DNA from: Polyangiales bacterium
Lineage (GTDB): Bacteria; Myxococcota_A; Polyangia; Polyangiales; Houyiibacteriaceae
Assembly (NCBI GenBank): GCA_045106895.1
Contig: JBGCFM010000133.1
Coordinates: 1-24,018 of the forward strand
Length of the DNA: 24,018 nt
Direction: 5' to 3'
Within the stretch, counting starts at the first letter, position 1, and the number at the start of each line of letters is the position of its first letter. Made by a program: the position numbers and the translations under genes. Under the pieces are notes generated by a model, which saw nothing but the letters and a program-made list of their open reading frames with translations, was not told where the DNA came from and searched no databases. Shown here in pieces: positions 16,384 through 24,018 of the stretch.

Positions 16384-18078
16384 ATGAAGCACTTTCTTAC
16401 CCTCCTTCCTCTCGTTCTCGCTCTTGCCTGCGGCGACGATAGTACGCCCGCCGACGGCGGGGCTCTCGTAGATACCTCCATTGGCGCGGACGGAGCGCTC
16501 CCGGATGGCGCGCGTCTTGACGGAGGTACTTCATGTATCGATACAGACGAGGACGGGTATGGCGATGGCTGCGAGGCGGGGCCGGACTGCGACGACACGA
16601 ACGCCGCGATTCATCCGAGCGCGCCGGAACTCTGCAACAGCGTCGATGACGACTGCGACGACACGACGGACGAAGCGTTCGAACGCACGCTTTGCCCCCT
16701 CGCCGAAGGCGTGTGCGCCGGCGCGGTGGCAAGTTGCACCGCGGGCGTACTGACCTGCGGACCGGCGGAGTATGGCGCGCAGTTTGAGGCCGCCGAGACT
16801 CTCTGCGACGGCCTCGACAACGACTGCGACGGAGACCTCGATGAAGAGTGCACGTGCGCCGACGGCGAGGTCCAGGCTTGTGGCCTCGAAGTTGGCGCTT
16901 GTATGCCGGGCACTCAGACGTGCGTGGACGGTGGATGGGGCGAGTGCGCCGACCTCGTTGGACCAATGGGCGAAAGCTGCAACGGCATCGACGACGACTG
17001 CGACGGAATCGAAGACGAAGCGTCAGACCTCGAAGCACCGAACTGTCCGCTCAGCCAAGGTGTATGCACAGGATCCAAGCGAAGGTGCGGTGGCATCGCC
17101 GGCTTCATCGCGTGTCGCGGAGTCGAAAGCTACGGCGGCGACTACCAAGCGACGGAGACCGCCTGCGACGGACTCGACAATGACTGCGACGGTGTCGAGG
17201 ACGAAGGTTGCTCATGTGTGGACGGGACCATTCAGTCCTGCGGTTCCGACATCGGCGTTTGCGCGCCGGGAACTCAGACGTGCATCGGCGGAGCGTTCGG
17301 AGAATGTAGTGACACGGGGCCCGCTCTCGAGACCTGTGACGGAGAAGATGAGGATTGCGACAGCCGCGTCGACGAAGACCTCGCCGCCTCTTTGTGTCCG
17401 CTCACCGAAGGCGTCTGCCTCGGTGCCGCCCGCGAGTGCCAGGGCGCTCGCGGTTTCGCCGACTGCACCGCTGATACCTACGGACCGACCTACGAAGTGG
17501 ACGAGACTCGCTGCGATGGACGTGACAACGACTGCGACGGCAGGACGGACGAAGGGTGCGACTGCCTCGACGGAACACGTCAGTCATGTGGAACGAGCGT
17601 GGGCCGATGTGAGCGCGGTTTCCAGGAATGCGTCGGCGGCCGCTTCGGCGCATGTCAGGGGGGCGTCACGCCCACCGCGGAGATCTGCAATGGTTTCGAC
17701 GACAACTGCAACGGCGCGACGGACGAGGACTTCGTCTGCGACCTGCCACCGGAAGCCACGGATGCCTTGTGTAGCGATGACATCGACAACGACGACGACG
17801 GCTTCACGGACTGCGAAGATTGGAGCTGCACCCGCTCTCCCGACGTCACCGTGTGCGGCTCCGAAGATACCGAAGGCGCCTGCACCGATGGCGTCGACAA
17901 CGACGGGGACGGCTTCATCGACTGCCAAGACTGGGACTGCAGCTTCAACGAAACGGTCCTCGTTTGCGACGAGCTGAATGACTTCATGTGTAGTGACGGC
18001 ATCGACAACGACAACAACGGCTTCGCCGACTGCGATGACTTCAGCTGCCAGGTTCCTGAGATCACGGTCTGTCCCTGA
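16384..18078 (+). CDS. Cys/Asp-rich repeat lipoprotein (putative metal-binding, MopE-like motif repeats)
   Basis: LALAC lipobox. Repeated E.C(D/N)G.D(N/D)DCDG..DE motifs. Three large units start at 16693, 17044 and 17395, followed by three C.D..DND.DGF.DC.D..C units at 17770, 17881 and 17989. Confidence 0.88.
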   Translation: MKHFLTLLPLVLALACGDDSTPADGGALVDTSIGADGALPDGARLDGGTSCIDTDEDGYGDGCEAGPDCDDTNAAIHPSAPELCNSVDDDCDDTTDEAFERTLCPLAEGVCAGAVASCTAGVLTCGPAEYGAQFEAAETLCDGLDNDCDGDLDEECTCADGEVQACGLEVGACMPGTQTCVDGGWGECADLVGPMGESCNGIDDDCDGIEDEASDLEAPNCPLSQGVCTGSKRRCGGIAGFIACRGVESYGGDYQATETACDGLDNDCDGVEDEGCSCVDGTIQSCGSDIGVCAPGTQTCIGGAFGECSDTGPALETCDGEDEDCDSRVDEDLAASLCPLTEGVCLGAARECQGARGFADCTADTYGPTYEVDETRCDGRDNDCDGRTDEGCDCLDGTRQSCGTSVGRCERGFQECVGGRFGACQGGVTPTAEICNGFDDNCNGATDEDFVCDLPPEATDALCSDDIDNDDDGFTDCEDWSCTRSPDVTVCGSEDTEGACTDGVDNDGDGFIDCQDWDCSFNETVLVCDELNDFMCSDGIDNDNNGFADCDDFSCQVPEITVCP

Positions 18079-18096
18079 GGCTTACGCAGCGAAGAG

Positions 18097-18121
18097 CCGG
18101 CGCCGATACCGCCGGCGCCGG
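18097..18121. terminator. GC-rich hairpin between convergent genes
   Basis: CCGGCGCCG (18097-18105) pairs with CGGCGCCGG (18113-18121), with a 7-nt loop, between the stops at 18078 and 18124. Confidence 0.5.
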
Positions 18122-18123
18122 TC

Positions 18124-19032
18124 TTAGTAGTGCCAGGGGAACTTCGAGAAGTCCTGGTCGCGCTTCTCGAGAAACGCGTCACGTCCTTCTTTGGCTTCGT
18201 CGGTGCCGTAAGCAAGCCTGGTCGCTTCGCCGGCGAAGAGCTGCTGTCCCACGATGCCGTCATCGACGAGGTTGAACGCGAACTTCAGCATGCGCTGGGC
18301 CGTCGGGCTCTTGCCATTGATGAGCCTCCCCCACTCAAGAGCCACCTTTTCCAGATCCTCGTGCGGCACTGAGCGGTTCGCCATGCCCATCGCGACGGCT
18401 TCGTCGGCGCTGTAGTTCAGGCCCAGGAAGAAAATCTCTCTGGCGCGCTTCTGCCCGACCATGCGCGCGAGGTAGGCGCTGCCGTAGCCACCGTCGAAAC
18501 TCGCGACGTCGGCATCCGTCTGCTTGAACACGGCGTGTTCCTTGCTCGCCAAGGTCATGTCGCAGACCACGTGAAGGCTGTGTCCGCCGCCAACGGCCCA
18601 CCCAGGGACCACGGCGATGACCACTTTGGGCATGAAACGAATGAGTCGTTGCACTTCCAGGATGTGAAGGCGGCCAAGACGCGCGGGGTCGATGGACTTG
18701 TTCGTATCGCCTTCGGCGTACTTATAACCGTCTTTTCCGCGGATGCGCTGGTCGCCCCCAGAGCAGAATGCCCAGCCGCCGTCCTTCGGCGAAGGGCCGT
18801 TGCCCGTTAGAATTACGCATCCGACATCGCTCCAAGCGCGAGCGTGGTCCAGCGTCCGGAAGAGCTGGTCGACGGTCTTGGGGCGAAACGCGTTCCGTAC
18901 CTCCGGCCGATTGAAGGCGATTCGAACGGTGCCTTGGTCCTTGGCCCGGTGGTAGGTGATGTCGTCGAGGTCTTCGAACCCAGGCACTGGCTCCCAGGCG
19001 TCGGCATCGAATAGCGGGGAAATCGTCGTCAT
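18124..19032 (-). CDS. menB: 1,4-dihydroxy-2-naphthoyl-CoA synthase
   Basis: FNRPEVRNAFRP, AFCSGGDQRIRG, LHILEVQRLIRFMPK, GWAVGGGHSLHVVCD, SFDGGYGS, GQKRAREIFF. Start is ATG 19032, or alternatively 19044. Confidence 0.95.
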   Translation of the reverse strand: MTTISPLFDADAWEPVPGFEDLDDITYHRAKDQGTVRIAFNRPEVRNAFRPKTVDQLFRTLDHARAWSDVGCVILTGNGPSPKDGGWAFCSGGDQRIRGKDGYKYAEGDTNKSIDPARLGRLHILEVQRLIRFMPKVVIAVVPGWAVGGGHSLHVVCDMTLASKEHAVFKQTDADVASFDGGYGSAYLARMVGQKRAREIFFLGLNYSADEAVAMGMANRSVPHEDLEKVALEWGRLINGKSPTAQRMLKFAFNLVDDGIVGQQLFAGEATRLAYGTDEAKEGRDAFLEKRDQDFSKFPWHY

Positions 19033-19124
19033 GAGACGTGGCATATCTGAGAATCCGCCGGCGTCCAAGCGATGCCCCCCGCCTCGGGGAGTCGCTTTGT
19101 GTCAGAGACAGGTATAGTGCCGAA

Positions 19125-20378
19125 GTGAAGAGCGATTCAGAGGTCTTCCGCGCCGTTGTGCGGACGCTGCCCAAGGCCGGCGATGTGATCGGCGGAAAGT
19201 ACCGCGTGGAGCACATGCTCGGCGTCGGCGGGATGGGCGGGGTCCTGCTCGCCCAAGATCAAATGCTCAACCGCCCCGTGGCCATCAAGCTCGTTCTTCC
19301 ACACTTGCTCGAGCGCGAGGCGTCACGGTTGCGCTTTCGACGCGAAGCACAAGCGATGGCGGCGATTCGCCATGAGAACGTGGTCCCGATTTTCGACTTC
19401 GGGACCCACGATGGTTCGCCCTTCATTGTCATGGCGTACATCAAGGGGTCGACTCTCGATGAGCGTCTCGCGTCCATGGACATGCTCTCCGTGGACGAAG
19501 CAGTCGGGCTCGTCGAAGGAATCTGCAAAGGCGTCGCGGCGATTCATCAGGCAGGTATCGTTCATGGAGATCTAAAGCCGAGCAACGTCTTGGTGAACGA
19601 CCTTTTTCAGCCCTTCGTCACCGACTTCGGCGTCACCCTCGACGCAACCTCCACGTGTGGTGACCAAGGTACGCCGGGCTACCTCGCGCCAGAACGTCTT
19701 CCCGAAGGGGAGGGTCTTGAGCCCAGCCGGCGCTTCCTCAGTGACGTTTACAGCTTGGGCGTCATCGCCTTTGAGTTGCTCGCTGGGCGACGTCCCTTCG
19801 AAGCCCCAGACTCCGCGCGCGTGTTGGTGCAGCAACTCTATAAGGACCCACCGTCGCTCACGACGTTTCGGCCGGACCTACCGCCGGTTTTCGACGCCAT
19901 CGTGCGAAAAGCAATGGCACGTGACCCAGAACTCAGAACACGCTCGGCCCTCGCGTTTGCACAGGACTTCGGTGAGGCTCGCGCGACGCTGCGCCGGCGA
20001 GCTCCGCGTGCTCTGCTGGTGGTGGACGACGACCCCGCGTTCGTGAACCTCGTGCGCGCTGTCGTCGAAGAGGTCATGCCCGCCGTTCACGTGGATTCCG
20101 CCGGAACGGGGGAAGAGGCCCTCGTCGCCGCTCGCGCCCGTCACTACAACGCCATCGCCATCGATCTCCAGCTGCCTGGGGTCAACGGCCTCGAGCTCAC
20201 GGCGCTCCTGTCCGCTCGTGACGAGAACACACGTTTGCTTGTCATCACGGGCACCGGCGCCGCCGGCGACTGGCAGGTCCTGTCCCGAATGGGGGCGACT
20301 GACTTTCTGCTGAAGCCCGTCGACCTTGAGAACCTCGGCGCAAGCCTGCAAAGGGCCTTGTACCGCGACGATTCTTGA
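19125..20378 (+). CDS. Hanks-type Ser/Thr protein kinase fused to a C-terminal response-regulator receiver domain
   Basis: Kinase motifs LGVGGMGGV, VAIK, HGDLKPSN, DFG, GTPGYLAPE, SDVYSLG. REC motifs LLVVDDD, AIDLQLPGVNG, ITG, LKP. Start placed at GTG 19125 (uncertain). Confidence 0.92.
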   Translation: MKSDSEVFRAVVRTLPKAGDVIGGKYRVEHMLGVGGMGGVLLAQDQMLNRPVAIKLVLPHLLEREASRLRFRREAQAMAAIRHENVVPIFDFGTHDGSPFIVMAYIKGSTLDERLASMDMLSVDEAVGLVEGICKGVAAIHQAGIVHGDLKPSNVLVNDLFQPFVTDFGVTLDATSTCGDQGTPGYLAPERLPEGEGLEPSRRFLSDVYSLGVIAFELLAGRRPFEAPDSARVLVQQLYKDPPSLTTFRPDLPPVFDAIVRKAMARDPELRTRSALAFAQDFGEARATLRRRAPRALLVVDDDPAFVNLVRAVVEEVMPAVHVDSAGTGEEALVAARARHYNAIAIDLQLPGVNGLELTALLSARDENTRLLVITGTGAAGDWQVLSRMGATDFLLKPVDLENLGASLQRALYRDDS

Positions 20379-20408
20379 GCGCCCCCGAAAGTGCGATAGG
20401 GTCCCGGC

Positions 20409-21116
20409 ATGAAGCGCAAGCCACAGAGCTGGACCGAGAGGTTCGACGCATCGCTGGAGGTTCACCCGAGCCCGGCCCTCGAAGACTGGCGCTGGGCACG
20501 TGAAGGCGAGGGCAAAGCGGATGAGCGTGCCATCGCCGCGGCATGGGACCTCGTCACTCAGCAGGCCTCGGCTGAGACGGCGAAGATCCACCACATTCTC
20601 ACGCTCTTGGGCGACCCCATGGAGCGAACGTTCCTTCCCTCCCTCGTCGTCGCCGGCGTGCGCTGTGCAAAGTACGGCACGTATCGCGTCATCGACCCGG
20701 AGGGCAAAGACTACTGGCCGCGCGACCTCGCCTTCGTCCCCGGCCGCGAGCACCTCACTCCAGAGCTAACGCTTCGTTGCCATGTAGAAGTCGGTCGAGC
20801 CGTGGTGAACTTCCTGATCTCCTACACACACACGGATCACCTCACCGTCGGTGAGGAAGGAAGTGAGCGGTTTGAGCCCGTGTCCGCCACACGAACCATG
20901 GCGATTCTCCTTGGCGAGCGCTCGTCCGGCCGCAAGGACGAAGCGAAGCGGCGTGTTCTCGACATCGAGCTCCTCCAAGAAGGCCACCTCGTCGTTCGCT
21001 ACGAACGCTCCGAGCTCTGGGCGGACTCCATCGGCTGTGCGACGGAAGCGTTGCGAACCTTGGTTCAGTCGACGCGCTTCGATGTGGACCAGCGAATGGC
21101 TGAGCGCCTCCAATGA
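20409..21116 (+). CDS. Hypothetical protein with a degenerate DUF559/Vsr-like endonuclease-fold C-terminus
   Basis: DPMERTF, HVEVGRAVVNFLI and DIELLQEGHLVVRYERSELWADSIGCA resemble the DUF559 pattern. Its stop overlaps the next start (ATGA 21113-21116). Confidence 0.6.
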   Translation: MKRKPQSWTERFDASLEVHPSPALEDWRWAREGEGKADERAIAAAWDLVTQQASAETAKIHHILTLLGDPMERTFLPSLVVAGVRCAKYGTYRVIDPEGKDYWPRDLAFVPGREHLTPELTLRCHVEVGRAVVNFLISYTHTDHLTVGEEGSERFEPVSATRTMAILLGERSSGRKDEAKRRVLDIELLQEGHLVVRYERSELWADSIGCATEALRTLVQSTRFDVDQRMAERLQ

Positions 21117-23029
21117 GCGGGTCTATGAACCGGCGCTTGAACCTCGTCGCTACTGTGATGAGTGTTGCACTTCTGAGTGTCGCCGCGCCGGCGAGCGCGG
21201 ACCTCGAGGTCGGAGGGCACTCCCAAGCGCTCCAGGGCATCCCTCACACACTCGAACTCAGTGGGCTGAGCGGAACCACGGCTCAGGTGCGCGTGCTTCG
21301 CGGAGACGAGGTGCTCTTCGAGGGAGAGGCGGAGTCCGCCGATGGCGAAGCCACTGTTGAGGTCGCCATTGAGGAGCTCGGCGCCCAAGCCCTGCGCATC
21401 GAAGTCGGCGACGAGCACGCGGAAGCCGAAGTCTACGTTCATCGACCGTGGCTTTCTCTTCTGCCCGCGATCTTCGCCATTCTCATGGCGCTCATCTTTC
21501 GCCACGTGGTCCTGGCGCTCTTTGCCGGCGTCGCCATCGGTTCGATCTTCGTCGCTGGTTATAATCCGCTCACGGGCCTGCTTCGCAGTCTCGACCACTA
21601 CGCCATCGACGCTGTCGCCGATCCCGACCACGCCTCCGTGCTCGTCTTTAGTTTAGCGCTGGGCGGAATGATCGCGGTGATGACCGCGAGCGGAGGCGCC
21701 CGAGGCCTCGCCGAGAAAGTCACCACACGCGCGACCAATGCGCGCCGTGGACAGGTATCCACTTGGCTCCTCGGCATCGTCATCTTCTTCGACGACTACG
21801 CGAACTCCCTCCTCGTCGGCTCGTCGATGCGCCCCATCACGGACCGCCTCCGCATCAGCCGCGAGAAGCTCGCGTTCCTCGTCGACGCTACGGCGGCGCC
21901 CGTGTCCAGCATCGCTCTGGTGTCCTCGTGGATCGGTGTTGAGGTTGGCTATATCCGTGAACAGCTCGTGGCGCGGGACATCGACATGGACCCCTACCTT
22001 GCCTTCCTCCAGACCTTGCCTTACCGCTTCTATCCCTGGCTGATGCTTGTCTTCGGCCTCGCACTGGTCCTTATGAATCGAGACTTCGGACCGATGCACA
22101 AAGCGGAACGGCGCGCGCGTTCGACGGGCAAGGTCCTCGCCGACGACGCAAAACCCGCCTCGCGTTTCGACGCCCAGCTCCCCGACGCCCCGCCTCGCTT
22201 TTGGCTCGCCATCGCGCCCATCATCACCGTCGTGGGTGTCGCGCTCCTCGGCATGTACTTCACCGGCCGCGCCGTCGTCGTCGAAGAAGGCAAACCGCTC
22301 TTGCTCGGCACCATCTTTGGCAACGCCAACTCCCTCAACGCGCTCCTCTGGGCGGCGTGCGCCGGTGGCGCCGTCGCCGTGGCTGGGGCGCTCATGAGCG
22401 GAGCGCTCAAACTCGAGCCTGCCATCGAAGCGTGGATGGAAGGGCTCAAGTCCATGCTCGTTGCCTGCGTGATCCTCGTATTGGCGTGGTCCCTCGGATC
22501 CGTCTGCAAGGACCTCCACACCGCAGACTTCGTGATTCAGGCCATCGGCGAAGGTCTCTCCCCATCGCTGCTGCCGGCCATCGTCTTCATCGTCGCGGCC
22601 GCCGTTAGTTTCGCCACGGGTACGTCCTGGGGCACCATGGCGATTCTCTTTCCCCTCGTCGTTCCCCTCGCCGACGGACTCGCGCCCGGCGAGATGCACA
22701 TTCTCCTTGGCGCCATGTCCTCCATCCTCGCCGGAAGCGTCTTCGGCGACCACTGCTCGCCCATCAGCGACACCACCATCATGAGCTCCATGGCAACGAG
22801 CTGCGACCACATTGACCATGTGCGCACGCAGCTGCCGTACGCGCTCGTCGTCGGGCTTATCGCCATCGTCCTCGGCGAACTCGGCACGGGCTACGGTCTC
22901 TACCCGGCGTGGGTAGGTCTCTTGCTCGGCGCCATCGCAGTGGTTCTCGTCGTGCGCTTTGTGGGCAAGCCTGTGGATTTGCCTGGGGATGGCAGCGAGC
23001 AGATTTCGGTGCAGGGCGCGGAGGAGTAG
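21113..23029 (+). CDS. Na+/H+ antiporter NhaC-family (ion transporter superfamily) protein with an N-terminal extracytoplasmic domain
   Basis: WLSLLP, IFFDDYANSL, SREKLAFLVDATAAP, SFATGTSWGTM, GSVFGDHCSPISDTT, DHVRTQLPYA motifs and many TM helices. Signal peptide ending ASA. Confidence 0.9.
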   Translation: MSGSMNRRLNLVATVMSVALLSVAAPASADLEVGGHSQALQGIPHTLELSGLSGTTAQVRVLRGDEVLFEGEAESADGEATVEVAIEELGAQALRIEVGDEHAEAEVYVHRPWLSLLPAIFAILMALIFRHVVLALFAGVAIGSIFVAGYNPLTGLLRSLDHYAIDAVADPDHASVLVFSLALGGMIAVMTASGGARGLAEKVTTRATNARRGQVSTWLLGIVIFFDDYANSLLVGSSMRPITDRLRISREKLAFLVDATAAPVSSIALVSSWIGVEVGYIREQLVARDIDMDPYLAFLQTLPYRFYPWLMLVFGLALVLMNRDFGPMHKAERRARSTGKVLADDAKPASRFDAQLPDAPPRFWLAIAPIITVVGVALLGMYFTGRAVVVEEGKPLLLGTIFGNANSLNALLWAACAGGAVAVAGALMSGALKLEPAIEAWMEGLKSMLVACVILVLAWSLGSVCKDLHTADFVIQAIGEGLSPSLLPAIVFIVAAAVSFATGTSWGTMAILFPLVVPLADGLAPGEMHILLGAMSSILAGSVFGDHCSPISDTTIMSSMATSCDHIDHVRTQLPYALVVGLIAIVLGELGTGYGLYPAWVGLLLGAIAVVLVVRFVGKPVDLPGDGSEQISVQGAEE

Positions 23030-23094
23030 AGGAATCAAAACCCGCGGGGACGCGTTCTGCGCATAGTCTTCGCCTCGGCGGGATGGTGACCGTG

Positions 23095-23370
23095 ATGAGC
23101 GACAAGGAGAAGGCCCGTGGAGATTTTTGCGGGGGAATTACGCTAAGAGCCGAAGACAGCGACAACGGGGTCAGTGGGGTGCGCCTCTACAAGAGAGACC
23201 CGCAAACGGACAAGCTCTACGCGGAGCTGGCGTACCTTGATGCAGTCGGTGGATATGGTCTGAAGACGCTCTCTGGATACCTGCCGCTTGAGGCACTTGC
23301 GCCCCTTCTCAGCGAACTTCGCAACACGGCAGAAGCGAATGGGCTTCCAACACCTCCGTCGTTGGCGTGA
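23095..23370 (+). CDS. Small hypothetical protein
   Basis: Fills the gap after the transporter with ordinary globular composition. Start is ATG 23095 or 23083. No motif recognised. Confidence 0.5.
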   Translation: MSDKEKARGDFCGGITLRAEDSDNGVSGVRLYKRDPQTDKLYAELAYLDAVGGYGLKTLSGYLPLEALAPLLSELRNTAEANGLPTPPSLA

Positions 23371-23397
23371 CAAGAGCGACACGCCAGTAGATTCGTT

Positions 23398-23847
23398 TTG
23401 CACGCTCCTATCTCAACAAGACGCGCATCAGTGACTGCGCTGATCGTGTGGTCCCTTTGTTTCCTGTTCATCTACGGCTCAGCCCTAGGTGTGCTGGCAA
23501 AGTACCGCCCAGACATTGGACCCATCTTGTCCTTAATACTTCTGTTCTCCCTTCCATTGGCTTCGGTCTTATTAGGTGAGCTGGTCTTGTACCGTTTCCG
23601 CCGCGGCTATCGACGCACTCGCACAACACCCGCTCGAGTTCGAGCTTTCATTCCGTTCACGTTTGCGACCTGCGGTCTGTTTGTTCACTCCTTGACCGGA
23701 AACATCGACGAGATCGGAGAGGCAGTGGCGGTTTGGCTCCTCGTCGGGTTCCTTTCGCTGCCTGCGTCACTACTCCCGCTTACCGTGTCCTCGTGGCAAC
23801 GGAACCCCGTACCGAACGCGAAAGCGCACCGAACGCGAGCCGGTTGA
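23398..23847 (+). CDS. Hypothetical membrane protein (about 4 TM)
   Basis: Four hydrophobic segments with an Arg-rich loop. The start (TTG) is uncertain. Codon usage looks less GC3-biased than the core genes. Confidence 0.5.
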   Translation: MHAPISTRRASVTALIVWSLCFLFIYGSALGVLAKYRPDIGPILSLILLFSLPLASVLLGELVLYRFRRGYRRTRTTPARVRAFIPFTFATCGLFVHSLTGNIDEIGEAVAVWLLVGFLSLPASLLPLTVSSWQRNPVPNAKAHRTRAG

Positions 23848-23872
23848 TTTGCCGAACGAGTACCGAACGCGA
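23809..23872 (+). repeat. Short direct repeats with core CCGAACG
   Basis: GTACCGAACGCGA at 23809 and 23860, ACCGAACGCGA at 23828, CCGAACGA at 23852. Confidence 0.6.
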
Positions 23873-23898
23873 GGCCTCGCCCCCTGCGTCAGGATAGT

Positions 23899-24018
23899 TG
23901 TCGCCTAAAAAATCGGGTCTTTCGAAACTTGGGCGATGGAAGCACTGACATGAAAGCAAGGAAATCGAAACGGCACTCCCAGGAACTGAAAGAATCGGTC
24001 GCCCGTCGATACATCCAG
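23899..24018 (+). mobile_element. Probable left end of an insertion sequence (IS3-like), truncated by the window edge
   Basis: ORF from ATG 23950 reads MKARKSKRHSQELKESVARRYIQ, resembling transposase HTH N-termini (R.(Y/H)S.E.K...V). A candidate TG-starting end (TGTCGCC) lies at 23899. Only 23 codons are visible. Confidence 0.45.

Noticed and set aside
16772..17977. 401-aa Thr/Ala/Ser-rich ORF resembling a mucin
   Set aside because: It is the +1 frame of the GAC/TGC-rich Cys-repeat gene, and its composition is a by-product.
21653..23038. 461-aa antisense ORF
   Set aside because: It mirrors the NhaC-family gene and has no independent features.
23809..23872. Possible CRISPR array
   Set aside because: The repeats are only 7-13 bp with irregular 11-23 bp spacing, and no cas genes are visible.
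1..24018. tRNA, rRNA or known riboswitch
   Set aside because: None recognised by eye. Intergenic gaps are short apart from 7112-7459. An Rfam/Infernal scan would be needed to exclude them.

Overview
High-GC bacterial chromosomal segment, very likely Myxococcota. This is inferred from a MYXO-CTERM sorting signal, Cys/Asp-rich surface repeats, a Hanks kinase-receiver fusion and a lipoprotein caspase. Left part: MBL-fold hydrolase, speE and nudC (minus strand), then ferrochelatase, mtnB and mtnD (plus), a 2TM protein and an ALDH3-type aldehyde dehydrogenase (minus). Middle: a lipoprotein coupled to an M23 peptidase with MYXO-CTERM, an isolated SctV/FlhA export-gate gene, a lipoprotein with five PPC-like repeats and a C14 caspase domain, several hypothetical membrane proteins and an all-repeat Cys-rich lipoprotein. 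Right part: menB, kinase-REC fusion, a degenerate DUF559-like protein coupled to an NhaC-family transporter, two small hypotheticals and the probable start of an IS element. The most striking unannotated signal lies in the 7112-7459 intergenic region. Five TGTRMA boxes phased at 11-12 bp overlap a sigma70-like promoter, which precedes a 27-aa Trp/Pro-rich small ORF (MNVENPNSWTPPSKPAPWWAHILRWWL) with a GGAGG ribosome-binding site. This ORF is absent from the ORF track and sits upstream of the lipoprotein-M23 pair. All family calls come from motif recognition by eye; no searches were run.
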